In this document: one piece after another, positions 31,325 through 41,945 of the stretch
Layout: each line of letters begins with the position of its first letter
Position numbering within the stretch: position 1 is the first letter of the stretch
From: a virus
Reading direction: 5' to 3' (one strand)
Length of the DNA stretch: 64,000 bases
Virus record (IMG/VR): IMGVR_UViG_3300023171_000008
Location: 1 to 64,000 of that record
Notes under the pieces: generated by a model
Told to the model about the DNA's origin: nothing
The model's database searches: none
Seen by the model: only the letters and a program-made list of their open reading frames with translations
Program-made: the position numbers and the translations under genes

Positions 31325-34300
31325 TTAAACACTATAAGATACAATAATTGAATGTAAAATTAACTTATAATTATTTTCATTATCAAATTGTACTTTTAAA
31401 TACACCCAAGGATTTCTTATCCTATTACGAGTATTTTCTTCTCTTGGTAACATTACATTCCAATCTCTAAATCTACGTCTTGCATTAGATTGTCTACCTG
31501 GAACTATAGGTACTAAACCAGAGTTTTGATATTCGCTATATAGTTGAACTTTAGATAATGTTATATTAGGTTGATCTACATTATCTAAATATACTTCAGT
31601 TTTATACTCAATATTATCAAATACTGTATCATTATCAGGTTGTGGATTAACAAGTAATGTAATATTAGATGGATAATATGTATCATAAAATTGATTATAA
31701 TTACCTTGATATTGTTTATAAAGTTTAGTATTAGTAGGATCTGTAGTAATTAAATTATTACCTCTACTTATATACATGCTAGGTTTATAATCATAAAATG
31801 AAGTAAATGATTCTGTACCTTCATTATAAGATACTGTAAACGATTTATCAAATTGTAAAAAAGTGAATAATACATCATTATTAATATAATCAAATGAAGA
31901 CGATATTCCTGTTTTAATAAACGGATTATCTGTTATTAAGTTTTCAGTTATATTATTATTAAGATAAGTATGTAAACCTTTAGAATCAGTTAAACCTCCT
32001 ATACCACCTTTATATATATTAATAGAATTATTAAGACTATCGTAATAATAAACACTTGTAGGTGAATTAACAATACTCCATTTATTCTTAGTACCTGAAT
32101 TAGTACTAATATAATTATATTCTTGAAGTACTGAACCATTACCTAATTCAATAGATATACCATCATTTCCTGGAATTTGTACTCGTGGAAGTATTGATAT
32201 TGCTGCTAAAGCTGAATCTTGAAATGTAAATAATTCACCTCTAAACTCATGTAAAGAATTAATTGGTCCATATTTACCATTTAAAGTCATTGTATTATTA
32301 ACTTGTAAATCAGTCCAACTATCAATTATTTCACCAGCAACTTTAACTTTACTCGCAATTATATTAGTATCAAATGAATTAACAGTTTTAAATTTATAAT
32401 CTAAATCCTTACGTATAATTAAATTATTATCTTGTGAATAAACAGTATTATATTTTTGATATTCATCATATCTTGGTTGAAATCTATTATCCCATTCAGT
32501 CAGACTTAAATCACTTCTATTTTTTAAATCAATAGTCGTTTCAACTTTAAATTCAACTATTTCAGTAACTTGTTGAGCTCTATCAGAATATACTTCAGTT
32601 TCAGTTTTAACTAACTTAGTAAATCTAAAATTAGATACGAATGTATCACCTAAATGTAAACAATTATAAATATTATTATCAATAGGATTATAATTACCTA
32701 CTTCTATATAGTTACTACGTTTTTTAGATTCATAAGTATTACCACCATATATATTACCTAAATATATTAGATTATTATCTATAACTAATTCACCTAACAT
32801 TCCAACAGACGTATCATTTATATTAGATTCTGTATATAAATCTTCTAATCCTTTTCTATTTTGTGTTAGTAAATTGTCATTACCTAACGCTAAAGTAATT
32901 GTTTTAGCTCCATATGTGTTTACAGTATCTAATCCAGTATTAGGATTATCAGCACTTCCTTCTCCAGTATCAGTTGCAAGTTGTTGTAATGAATTGTAAT
33001 AAATTAGTTCATTATCATCATTATAAGGAGTTCTACCTTGTCCTAAATTAGTTATTTCAGGAGATCCATATATATCATATTCATTATAAGCAGATAAATA
33101 CGTTCCTGTATATTTACGATAAGTTTGTGAAAATTCCATTACAGTATCAGCTCTTGGACCAAACCATCCAAATCTAGATAATTCTCCACCAACACCTGCA
33201 ATATTAATTAAATTACCTGAAAGTCTTGATTTAACATCATGTATACTTATAGCATTAAATACTTTTGCTTCATCTATAATTTGTGTTCCAGTACTTCTAC
33301 GTTGTCCCCAATAAGCATTATAGTCATTTTTAACACCACCAATTACTCTTAATTTAGTTTGATTTAAAGTTTGAATTGTATTAAAAGTTATTTCAGGTGA
33401 AAACAATTGCATTAGTTTATTAAACTGGAATGTACCAAATGTCCATCCTGATGATGCTGGAGATTTATATACTTCATTACCTGCAGATGCACTATAACCA
33501 CCCGGAACTAATTGAGGATGTGTGTCTGAATCAAATCTATCTAATCTTGCATATGTTTCCATTGCACGTTGAGGACATAAATATTCATCAAATCTACGCA
33601 TCATAGATGGTATCTTATTAGCAGCATTAACTTTAGCTATTTGATCTGGTGTAACATTATCTCCGCTACGATCTACTAATGTACCCATCATACCGTTAAG
33701 TATTCCCTGACACAATATAGTACGATCTAAGAGAGTTCTTTCAGCTCTAAGTAATCTATATCCAACGGGTTTTAAAAAGTCATCATATAGTCCATTTTCA
33801 TCTAAAAAATTATTATTATCATTTAACCATATATAAAATGATGGTTTAAGTGTAATTTCTATAGATGCATAATATCCATTTAAATTAGATTGATTATTTA
33901 ATATAATATTTTTAAAATCAGCTATCCATTTAGGTAAACTATTTTGACCGTATTTATTATAAAATTGAATAGCTAATCTATAAACTTCATTATCTTTTAA
34001 AAATTTACCTTTACTATCACTCTCACTAAATTCATTAATACCTATTTGATTTCTAACAATTCTATATTTAATATAAGCACCTTCACCACCTAATATATTA
34101 TTATTAAATTGAAAAGAATTAGTATCATAATTAATATTAATAGAAGAATGTTTATAAGGAACTTTCGTTATATTATCAATAACACTTTGATTAATAACTA
34201 TTGGTGGTTCAGATGATATGATAGTACCTGAATTATCTTCTTCTAAGTTATCGTAAATATTTGTAGTATTACTATTGATAGGAAAACTATAAGCTCTTAA

Positions 34301-35455
34301 ATCAATACTATTTTCTTTATCATAATTACTAACATCAAAGTTTTTTTCACTATAATTAGCTAAAAACATATAATTCTTTTTAGTATTGATATGTTTAGGT
34401 ATAACTATATCTGAACCTAAGAATAAAAATTCTTCTAATGATAAATCTTCAATTATATTACCATCATCATAATAAATTATATTATCAACTGTAGTTATAT
34501 CTCGATCTAATATTAAAGATACTTGTGGTACTTGATTATATGAAGTATATTTGATAGCATACAATTTTAAATTAGTGTAATCACTATCTAAATTATCTAT
34601 TTTAATAACTGGTATTGTACCTACTATTTCATTTAAATCTCCACCACCATTATTCTCTTCTTTATTTAATGGAATTAATTCAGTTAAAGGACTTATTTTA
34701 GTTTGACTACCATTAATTCTATATAAATTATAAGCATATTGTATCATACCTGAAGTATGAATACCACCACTTGCAATATCAATTATTTCTGGTTGATCTA
34801 ATTCAAAAGTACCAACCATTTGAATACTGTCGAAATTTAAATCAATTAAATTTTCTAAATCTTGGTTTTCAGTTGAATGATAAATATTAATAAAACACAT
34901 TTGATTTTTACCATTAACCCAATATATCTTATCAATAATCTTATTTTCATAGTTATTAATACATTGTATAGGATATTTTTCATTAAATCCCATATTACGC
35001 ATATACAATAGTTCTATATCATATGATTTATCACTTACTTTCCATATACAATCAAAACCATTATTATCAGTACTAAATACTATAAAAGCATCTCTAACTA
35101 AACCATGACCTATAATACGTTGTTCTCCTGAAGTTTTATATACATTATCAGATATATAATAACTAGATTCTATTTCATTACGTGGTTGTACATCTCCATT
35201 TATATCATAAGGTAATGACTTTAATACTTCAAATACTGAATAATCAATTGTATTAGTTTCAGAATTAATAATAGGTGTTGGAATAATAGTTACTAAAGTA
35301 TTACCTTTCTCATTAGTAACAGAACCTGTACTTTTACTATCTGTTGCAACAATTCTAATATTATTACCTTCAAAGTAGAATTCTGGATTATGTAATGATT
35401 TAGATATATCCATATTCATACCTCTATAAGAATATCTACTTTTTTTATTTATCAT
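31325..35455 (-). CDS. Tail muzzle / stabilisation protein (P22 gp10-like)
   Basis: 1376 aa beta-rich; GMNMDISK...NIRI N-terminus; EVYRLAIQFY; RIRNPWVYLK C-terminus typical of crAss muzzle proteins. Confidence 0.8.
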   Translation of the reverse strand: MINKKSRYSYRGMNMDISKSLHNPEFYFEGNNIRIVATDSKSTGSVTNEKGNTLVTIIPTPIINSETNTIDYSVFEVLKSLPYDINGDVQPRNEIESSYYISDNVYKTSGEQRIIGHGLVRDAFIVFSTDNNGFDCIWKVSDKSYDIELLYMRNMGFNEKYPIQCINNYENKIIDKIYWVNGKNQMCFINIYHSTENQDLENLIDLNFDSIQMVGTFELDQPEIIDIASGGIHTSGMIQYAYNLYRINGSQTKISPLTELIPLNKEENNGGGDLNEIVGTIPVIKIDNLDSDYTNLKLYAIKYTSYNQVPQVSLILDRDITTVDNIIYYDDGNIIEDLSLEEFLFLGSDIVIPKHINTKKNYMFLANYSEKNFDVSNYDKENSIDLRAYSFPINSNTTNIYDNLEEDNSGTIISSEPPIVINQSVIDNITKVPYKHSSININYDTNSFQFNNNILGGEGAYIKYRIVRNQIGINEFSESDSKGKFLKDNEVYRLAIQFYNKYGQNSLPKWIADFKNIILNNQSNLNGYYASIEITLKPSFYIWLNDNNNFLDENGLYDDFLKPVGYRLLRAERTLLDRTILCQGILNGMMGTLVDRSGDNVTPDQIAKVNAANKIPSMMRRFDEYLCPQRAMETYARLDRFDSDTHPQLVPGGYSASAGNEVYKSPASSGWTFGTFQFNKLMQLFSPEITFNTIQTLNQTKLRVIGGVKNDYNAYWGQRRSTGTQIIDEAKVFNAISIHDVKSRLSGNLINIAGVGGELSRFGWFGPRADTVMEFSQTYRKYTGTYLSAYNEYDIYGSPEITNLGQGRTPYNDDNELIYYNSLQQLATDTGEGSADNPNTGLDTVNTYGAKTITLALGNDNLLTQNRKGLEDLYTESNINDTSVGMLGELVIDNNLIYLGNIYGGNTYESKKRSNYIEVGNYNPIDNNIYNCLHLGDTFVSNFRFTKLVKTETEVYSDRAQQVTEIVEFKVETTIDLKNRSDLSLTEWDNRFQPRYDEYQKYNTVYSQDNNLIIRKDLDYKFKTVNSFDTNIIASKVKVAGEIIDSWTDLQVNNTMTLNGKYGPINSLHEFRGELFTFQDSALAAISILPRVQIPGNDGISIELGNGSVLQEYNYISTNSGTKNKWSIVNSPTSVYYYDSLNNSINIYKGGIGGLTDSKGLHTYLNNNITENLITDNPFIKTGISSSFDYINNDVLFTFLQFDKSFTVSYNEGTESFTSFYDYKPSMYISRGNNLITTDPTNTKLYKQYQGNYNQFYDTYYPSNITLLVNPQPDNDTVFDNIEYKTEVYLDNVDQPNITLSKVQLYSEYQNSGLVPIVPGRQSNARRRFRDWNVMLPREENTRNRIRNPWVYLKVQFDNENNYKLILHSIIVSYSV

Positions 35456-35458
35456 ATC

Positions 35459-36151
35459 TTAATATTTTATGAGACGTTCTTTATTTCCGTAATTTTTATA
35501 AAAGTTATCAAAAGCATTTGTATTAATAAGTACACGATTAATACCATTCATAATAGACTGTAAATGATCTGCATTAGCTACAACTAAACTACTTGATGCT
35601 TGACCTAAATACCAATCTCTTTGTTGTGATATATATTGAAATACTTTATCTGGTAATTTACCCATAATCCATAAAGGTTCTACATATCTATTTAATATAT
35701 AATACTCTAATCCCATTTTATAAGATTCATTATCTGGAATAAGTGGATAACCTATTTCATCTGTAGATATAGCTTTATAAGATACTTCTACACAACCTTC
35801 TCTAAATGATGTAGTAATTATACAATCTTGAATTATATAAGTATATTCTTGATGATAATCATGACCATTATTATCTATTGATTGGTGATATAAATCTGTA
35901 GCATATCTCAATGCTCTACCTTCAGATCTTATTCCTCTTATTTCTAATAAATTATCTGGAAGCAAACCTTTATAATTACTAATTTTAATTTCATCAACTT
36001 TATCTAAAAATGCTAATGGTGCTCCAATTAATCTTAAAAACTCTAATGCAAATTCACTAGCTTGATCTAAAGTTAAATCTTGACATATAGGATTACGAAG
36101 TACTCTCCATAATATTTCTGATACTGATGTTGTTTTACCGTTATAACTCAT
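35459..36151 (-). CDS. Tail ring / tubular protein (R1-like)
   Basis: 230 aa; YKAI.TDE.GYPLIPDN; directly upstream of the muzzle gene. Confidence 0.75.
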   Translation of the reverse strand: MSYNGKTTSVSEILWRVLRNPICQDLTLDQASEFALEFLRLIGAPLAFLDKVDEIKISNYKGLLPDNLLEIRGIRSEGRALRYATDLYHQSIDNNGHDYHQEYTYIIQDCIITTSFREGCVEVSYKAISTDEIGYPLIPDNESYKMGLEYYILNRYVEPLWIMGKLPDKVFQYISQQRDWYLGQASSSLVVANADHLQSIMNGINRVLINTNAFDNFYKNYGNKERLIKY

Positions 36152-36681
36152 AATTTATATAATAAATGTGCATTATATGGATCTTTATCTTCATCCATTA
36201 TTCTTTTAGCTAACAATCTTTGAAATGATCTACAAGCTTTAAATCTATATACTTTCTTATTTCTATACTTAGCACCTGATTTAGTAGCTTTAATTCTATA
36301 AACATATTTAGAAGTGTGATTGTTTAGAAATCTAAGTATAACTTTTTTATTCTTAGCTTCTTCACTTTCATCCCATAATTGTTTAGTTGACTTCCAATCA
36401 ATAGGTGAATTGTTAATTAACTTATTATTTTCATCTAAATGGGGAATATACTTAATCTTTCTAACACAAAAGTTAAAATGCAATACTGTAGGTTTATATT
36501 CTAATCCTTCTTCAATTATTAAATTAACAATCTTTTTATTAAATTCAGATATTACTTTATTAAACTTACCTTTATCTACTGGATTCTTAGAATTCGATTT
36601 ATAAAATTTATAATAATCATTCATACCGTAATCCGTGATAATCCTACCCTCTGTTCTTGGTGTGTTAATCATTAGCGTCAT
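36148..36681 (-). CDS. IHF/HU-like conserved crAss protein
   Basis: Basic protein; PIDWKSTK.LW and YRFKACR; conserved position between ring genes. Confidence 0.6.
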   Translation of the reverse strand: MTLMINTPRTEGRIITDYGMNDYYKFYKSNSKNPVDKGKFNKVISEFNKKIVNLIIEEGLEYKPTVLHFNFCVRKIKYIPHLDENNKLINNSPIDWKSTKQLWDESEEAKNKKVILRFLNNHTSKYVYRIKATKSGAKYRNKKVYRFKACRSFQRLLAKRIMDEDKDPYNAHLLYKL

Positions 36682-37345
36682 TAGTCTTATCTTCAGGTAT
36701 CTGAATAGTTCTTATATAATTTCGTATAATTTCTTCTCTAATAGAATCTATATGATGTGATTGTAATGGATAATCTGTAGTCATTATATCAAAACATATA
36801 TTACTATCATTACATCCACAGCAATCCTTATAATTCTTTAGTTCTAATGGATCTTCAAATATTCCAGTTATAGTTACACAGTCTAATAATTTAATTGCAT
36901 TAGATTGACTAATAAAGTAAACATATAAATCATTATCTATAAATGTATAAATAGATTTATTAAACTTACTATATTTACTATATATAGCTCTATCTTTACT
37001 AACAAAATTAAATGGTATTGCAATTCTATTAGATGGTTTAATACTGGTTATAGCACTTTTAAGATGCAATTCCAAAGGTTTAGGAATAGGTCTTACAGTT
37101 CTCATAATAGTTCCACATTCATAATCAAATCCACATTGAGCAATACTAACTTCTTCTACTTCTAAACATAGAGTTTGAAGTATTGAATTATCTATTGTAC
37201 GTGTAAGTTGATTTAAATCGTTTCTAAGATACTTTGATCTCTTTAAGCTATATAGATATAGAATATGTAAATCGCTTAATTCTGAGTCATCTGTGTACTG
37301 TTTAACGGCCTCTCGCACGTCATACGTAAGTTTTTCTACGAGCAT
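36665..37345 (-). CDS. Tail ring protein (R2-like); start corrected to 37345
   Basis: QTLCLEVEEV, GIFEDP, DYPL. The track start at 37375 lies inside a terminator hairpin. Confidence 0.7.
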   Translation of the reverse strand: MLVEKLTYDVREAVKQYTDDSELSDLHILYLYSLKRSKYLRNDLNQLTRTIDNSILQTLCLEVEEVSIAQCGFDYECGTIMRTVRPIPKPLELHLKSAITSIKPSNRIAIPFNFVSKDRAIYSKYSKFNKSIYTFIDNDLYVYFISQSNAIKLLDCVTITGIFEDPLELKNYKDCCGCNDSNICFDIMTTDYPLQSHHIDSIREEIIRNYIRTIQIPEDKTNDAND

Positions 37346-37359
37346 TGATTTTAAGGTAT

Positions 37360-37388
37360 AAAAAAAGGTACTCATTTCTGAATACCTT
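37360..37388 (-). terminator. Intrinsic terminator
   Basis: AAGGTATTC-agaaat-GAGTACCTT followed by a T-tract on the - strand. Confidence 0.7.
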
Positions 37389-37406
37389 GAGTTGTTATTA
37401 TTTATT

Positions 37407-38375
37407 TTATAATTCCATCATTATATTAATAGGAGTTTTACCTTGTAATACTACTCCACATGCAATAGCCGGTTTTTTATTTTCTTTAGCATAAGCCATA
37501 GCATATGATTTATGATCTATACCACAACCTACCTGCATTCCAAAGATTTTAAATTTAGAACCAACGTACCATTCAGTATAACATTGTGTATGTAAATGAC
37601 CCTGTACTATAGATTGTAAATCAGATTTAACTCTATTTCTAGCAGTACCACCTTCACCGTGTATATATAATACATCATCAATTTCAATTGATTCAGTAAA
37701 GTTCCAATTAGGAGTTCCTAATACTTCAGCATAATCTTTAATCCAACGTTTAGACAAACCACTTGAATGTGCTTTACGCATTATTATACGGTCGTGATTT
37801 CCGATTATAACCGTTGCTTTAGGAAATGCTTTGTACCATTTAGATACTTCATAAATAGCTCGTTCTAATTCTTGTCCTGCACTATGTCCATCTGGATCAG
37901 ATTCATGATAAGAAGACGCATGATTGTCTATTATATCACCTATAAATATTACTTCATCACAATTATATAACTTGTAAGTATTTAAACAATGTTCTAAATA
38001 ACCATCTAAACTAAATGGTAAATGTAAATCTCCAATTACTAAAACATTTTTACCAGTTATAGATTTATTAACAGTTGGTTCTTTTTGCCAAGCAATACCT
38101 TTAATGTTTTTAAAAGCCTCTCTAAATGAATTTGATTTATTATCTTTAATTAACTCTTTAGCAAATATTGCTCTTTCTGAAAAGTCTTTATCTAAATTTC
38201 TTTTAACTTCTTTAGTAGCATCATCAATAACTTTTACAAACTGTTTTATATCTCTTAATGCTTCAACTGCTAAATGGTAATCTATATTTAATCTTTGTGA
38301 TAATATATAAGGAGATTTTTTCAAATAACCTCTATGATTTAATAACCAACTTTTAATATCATTTAATTCTTCCAT
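37407..38375 (-). CDS. Calcineurin-like metallophosphoesterase with about 105-aa N-terminal extension
   Basis: GDLH, GDIID, GNHD, HG, GHLH motifs. Confidence 0.85.
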   Translation of the reverse strand: MEELNDIKSWLLNHRGYLKKSPYILSQRLNIDYHLAVEALRDIKQFVKVIDDATKEVKRNLDKDFSERAIFAKELIKDNKSNSFREAFKNIKGIAWQKEPTVNKSITGKNVLVIGDLHLPFSLDGYLEHCLNTYKLYNCDEVIFIGDIIDNHASSYHESDPDGHSAGQELERAIYEVSKWYKAFPKATVIIGNHDRIIMRKAHSSGLSKRWIKDYAEVLGTPNWNFTESIEIDDVLYIHGEGGTARNRVKSDLQSIVQGHLHTQCYTEWYVGSKFKIFGMQVGCGIDHKSYAMAYAKENKKPAIACGVVLQGKTPINIMMEL

Positions 38376-38397
38376 AAATTCTTTTAATATTTAAATA

Positions 38398-38429
38398 CAA
38401 AGGTAATACAAATATTTGATATTTCCAAA
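38398..38429 (-). promoter_or_regulatory. Bacteroidota-type promoter
   Basis: TTTGGAA-N17-TACCTTTG on the - strand. Confidence 0.75.
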
Positions 38430-38461
38430 TAAAATTGTATTTATTTTATATTTAAATCTAA

Positions 38462-39109
38462 TTATTTCTTAATAGAGAATAATGGAATAGTATATCCTAC
38501 TGAAATATAACCATCTTTTGAATACGATGCCGATAATATATTCTTCTTACCAATTAAATCTAATTTAACTGCTGGATCAAATTTAGTTAAATCTTTAGTA
38601 GATGATAATTGTAATCCTGCATTTAAACTAAATACTCTTTCTTTAGGTTTAGGTATATTTACTGGTACAATTAAAGTTTTAGATTTAATTGTATAATCAG
38701 GTTTAATATCTAATAGTTTACCTTGTGTTTTAGCTTTAATAACTATCTTAACATTGTCATCTTCAAATGGAGTTTCATAATCATTAATAGTAATAGCATC
38801 ACTATATAACTTTAATTGACTATTTTCTTTCTTAACTAAATCAGTTTCATTCTGTAAAGCTAAATACTTTTCCATTAATTCTTGATTAACTTGTGGAATA
38901 GTTATAACTGTATCTCTCCATTTAATAACTGTTTTTAAAGTAGTACTTTGAGGAGTTAATACTTGTGGTGAGTCAAAATGACCTTTGACTTCAGGAGTTG
39001 TTACTGTAACTGTAGTAGGAACTACTTCACATGTTTTAGTACATCTTCCTATACTAAATGAAGTTATTAATAATATAATTAGTCCTAATATATATAAATT
39101 TCTATTCAT
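38462..39109 (-). CDS. Membrane-anchored lysis accessory (spanin-like) protein
   Basis: N-terminal hydrophobic segment then GRC, short coiled coil and C-terminal beta strands; directly after the endolysin. Confidence 0.45.
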   Translation of the reverse strand: MNRNLYILGLIILLITSFSIGRCTKTCEVVPTTVTVTTPEVKGHFDSPQVLTPQSTTLKTVIKWRDTVITIPQVNQELMEKYLALQNETDLVKKENSQLKLYSDAITINDYETPFEDDNVKIVIKAKTQGKLLDIKPDYTIKSKTLIVPVNIPKPKERVFSLNAGLQLSSTKDLTKFDPAVKLDLIGKKNILSASYSKDGYISVGYTIPLFSIKK

Positions 39110-39111
39110 AA

Positions 39112-39534
39112 TTATAATTTTAATTCAAAATGTGGTTTGTCAATTATGCTTTTCCATGACCCACCCCACTCTACTTTTATTCCTAAACATTTAGCAGTTG
39201 CTAATATATGAGCAGCTATTACTTTAAGATTATCTCCTTTATCATTTAAATCTAAAGATCCATTTACAAAAGGATATAAATCTACTGCATATCCATAACC
39301 ATCTGCTTTAACTTGATGATTTGATTTATTTTTAATTCCATCAGCTTTTGTAACTATTGGACCTTTAGTAGTTCTACCTTTAGCATATAATTCCTGCTGT
39401 TCTTTAGTAGTACGTACTCCATTAGTTAATGTAAAGTCTACAGGTGTATTTTTAATAGCTTCAGTTAAAACTTTAACTAAACTAGGATGTATTCCTTTTA
39501 AAGTATCTAAACTTCTTTGACTAAATTTTGACAT
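39112..39534 (-). CDS. Endolysin, peptidase M15 (L-Ala-D-Glu peptidase-like)
   Basis: GVRT...QQELY..GR, SNH......AVD, WGG.W...DKPHFEL. Confidence 0.88.
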   Translation of the reverse strand: MSKFSQRSLDTLKGIHPSLVKVLTEAIKNTPVDFTLTNGVRTTKEQQELYAKGRTTKGPIVTKADGIKNKSNHQVKADGYGYAVDLYPFVNGSLDLNDKGDNLKVIAAHILATAKCLGIKVEWGGSWKSIIDKPHFELKL

Positions 39535-39541
39535 AATTTTA

Positions 39542-39757
39542 TTATCTAATTCCTAATTCTTTTTGAAGATTAATTAATTCCATTTTCTCACTTTCATAAT
39601 GATTAATCTTTTGAGATAATACTTGGTTTAAACTGTCAATCTTACAAGTATCTTCATAAGTTGCATTATATAATTGTAATTCTACTACTTTACTTCTTGG
39701 AGTAAAAGTAAATAAAGCAACTGTTACTATTGATATTATATATCCTATTGTCTTCAT
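39542..39757 (-). CDS. Small membrane-anchored coiled-coil protein
   Basis: N-terminal hydrophobic helix; in the lysis cluster. Confidence 0.55.
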   Translation of the reverse strand: MKTIGYIISIVTVALFTFTPRSKVVELQLYNATYEDTCKIDSLNQVLSQKINHYESEKMELINLQKELGIR

Positions 39758-40107
39758 TGTTTTACTTTTTTATACTTTTTAGTGTAAAATAAAATATCTC
39801 TAACTTGTTCTTCATTTTTTTCAACGTATTTAATATGTGCTTCTGTAGTTGCTCTGATGATAGAATCTTTGGAATTATTAAGATACTCAAGTCTGCTAAT
39901 ACGGCCATTATAAGATATGATAAGTTCATTCTTTTCTTTAGTAAATTCATTTTTTTGATCAATTAATTGATTTTCGTAACTTTTACGACCAAAAAATATT
40001 ATAAGTCCTGCTATTAATCCCAAAGCTCCAGTTATATAAGCTAACTTTTTTTTATCTGTTAAACTAATCCATTTATCTAATAAATCAGTAATCCATTTTA
40101 TTTCCAT
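39754..40107 (-). CDS. Single-TM coiled-coil protein (holin/spanin candidate)
   Basis: LAYITGALGLIAGLIIFFG followed by a coiled coil. Confidence 0.5.
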   Translation of the reverse strand: MEIKWITDLLDKWISLTDKKKLAYITGALGLIAGLIIFFGRKSYENQLIDQKNEFTKEKNELIISYNGRISRLEYLNNSKDSIIRATTEAHIKYVEKNEEQVRDILFYTKKYKKVKQ

Positions 40108-40472
40108 TTTTTAATAGTATATAATTTATAACTTACTTCAATAATAGCTGCGATAGTACTTGAATACAAAATTGCAACTAAAGGTGTTACATACCAGTGA
40201 TAATAAGCTACAGGATCTAATCCAAATAATTTAGAATATGTATTTAATAGTAATATAAATATTAAACCATATAATAATCTTTTACTAATCCAATACCAAG
40301 TATTACTATTAAGTAACATAAAAATTAATAACATTAGAAGAATTACATTATCTATAATGGGTTGCCAAAATAAATATAAATTCCAATTTTTACATGAAAA
40401 TTTAAATGAAAATATTAATATTAACGTTATTATATAAGGAAATAATTCTCCTAATGTTATTGTTTTATTCAT
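40098..40472 (-). CDS. Multi-TM membrane protein (holin candidate)
   Basis: About 4 hydrophobic segments in 124 aa. Confidence 0.5.
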   Translation of the reverse strand: MNKTITLGELFPYIITLILIFSFKFSCKNWNLYLFWQPIIDNVILLMLLIFMLLNSNTWYWISKRLLYGLIFILLLNTYSKLFGLDPVAYYHWYVTPLVAILYSSTIAAIIEVSYKLYTIKKWK

Positions 40473-40475
40473 ATA

Positions 40476-40694
40476 CTATTTCTTAGGAAACATTGGTTTG
40501 TTTGGATTAATTGGTGTTAAACCATCCATTTGCAAATTAGATAAACTAACTATATTAGGTAAATCTGTTGTAGTATATATTTCTTTAAATATATAATGTT
40601 GATCTAAATCATTACTATACGAAGAAGTATATACTTCATTGTTATCATTTGCAAAATAAAGTGCTGTATGTTCTGATACTTTTTTAAAATCCAT
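40476..40694 (-). CDS. Hypothetical protein
   Basis: 72-aa ORF in the operon. Confidence 0.55.
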   Translation of the reverse strand: MDFKKVSEHTALYFANDNNEVYTSSYSNDLDQHYIFKEIYTTTDLPNIVSLSNLQMDGLTPINPNKPMFPKK

Positions 40695-40697
40695 TAT

Positions 40698-41123
40698 TTA
40701 AATTTGTTTTTTAATTTTTTTAATTAATGATGGTAATCCCCAATATCCAAACGCTATTACGAATATAGCTAATCCAGATAATGATACAATACCATAAAGC
40801 TTTTCAGGTATTTTCACAAATATAGAAGATAACGAAAACAATCCACTTGTAATTATAGATGCAATAACTGCACCTTTAATTGTTCTTTCTTCTTCTTGAT
40901 TAGCTGAATCTCCTGATTGATGATTTTGTCCCTGTAATATATTTATACCTACAGAAGCACCATATCCAAGTCCTATAGCTACAGCAGAAATTACAAACCA
41001 TATTGTTATTTTATCTCCTGTAGAACCACCTATACCTATATAGCCTGCACCTGCAATAATAAAAATTGCTACCGATACACCTACTAAGTAGTTAACTAAA
41101 TCTGTTCTTTTAATTGTACTCAT
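40698..41123 (-). CDS. 4-TM membrane protein (holin candidate)
   Basis: Four hydrophobic segments and a basic C-terminus. Confidence 0.5.
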   Translation of the reverse strand: MSTIKRTDLVNYLVGVSVAIFIIAGAGYIGIGGSTGDKITIWFVISAVAIGLGYGASVGINILQGQNHQSGDSANQEEERTIKGAVIASIITSGLFSLSSIFVKIPEKLYGIVSLSGLAIFVIAFGYWGLPSLIKKIKKQI

Positions 41124-41132
41124 ATTATAATT

Positions 41133-41462
41133 TTAAGAAATTAAAGTAGGTAAATAAAATGGTGCTATACTTGTGTATGCTCCACCATAACCTACTGCTT
41201 CAAAAGTAATTTGTAAATAAACTGGTTGTAAACTTAAGAGATTTCCTACATTAAAAGTTGCTACATCTGTACCCACTAAAGTTAAAGTTTGAATTATTGT
41301 ATTATTTATATCTCTAATTATAAATCTTCGAGCATAGAAATCACTACGAGTAATTACTGGATCGCTTATATCATAGTTAGAGGTATCTGTAAGTGTTAAT
41401 ACACTTGATGTAAGAATGCTACCTGAGATAGCTTTTGAAAAAGAAGCATTGAATTGTGCCAT
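41133..41462 (-). CDS. Hypothetical beta-rich (structural?) protein
   Basis: 109 aa; LTLTDTSNY. Confidence 0.5.
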   Translation of the reverse strand: MAQFNASFSKAISGSILTSSVLTLTDTSNYDISDPVITRSDFYARRFIIRDINNTIIQTLTLVGTDVATFNVGNLLSLQPVYLQITFEAVGYGGAYTSIAPFYLPTLIS

Positions 41463-41483
41463 TTGTATAAAAAGAATTATTGG

Positions 41484-41942
41484 TTAACGTATTGCTGTGT
41501 AAAAATATGTGGCTAAACCTGCCAAAGGCAAACTTCTATAATTAACGGTAAATGTTGTAGCGTTTATATTACTTATCCATCTATCGCCTATTGCTCCTTG
41601 TTGTGATAATGCCTCTAATAATATTCCTGAAGGTATATAAGGTAATCCGTGAGAAACAGTATAAGTTAAAGTTAGTAAAGCTACAGTAATACTAAAAGTT
41701 CCAGTTGAGTAATTATTATTTCTCATTCTTGTCCATCTACCTACGCTCATACCAGATACTTGAATGTAGTTAATTCCATCTGCTGTATTGACAGCCGTAG
41801 AAGACCATCTATAATTTCCTCCACCTCTATCGTCTGGATTTACACCATACGCAACATAGACTACCACTCCTTCTGTACCTGCTTGTAAAGCTAAATCTGC
41901 AAGGCTATCAAAAGCCTGTCCTGTCATTGTAATATAAGCCAT
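41484..41942 (-). CDS. Small fibre/spike-associated protein
   Basis: DDRGGGNYRW...GRW.R tailspike-head-like motif; C-terminal SHGLPYIP domain. Confidence 0.55.
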   Translation of the reverse strand: MAYITMTGQAFDSLADLALQAGTEGVVVYVAYGVNPDDRGGGNYRWSSTAVNTADGINYIQVSGMSVGRWTRMRNNNYSTGTFSITVALLTLTYTVSHGLPYIPSGILLEALSQQGAIGDRWISNINATTFTVNYRSLPLAGLATYFYTAIR

Positions 41943-41945
41943 ATT

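Noticed and set aside
39762-39962. Embedded Rz1-like o-spanin in an alternate frame
   Set aside because: No cysteine or lipobox in the ORF.
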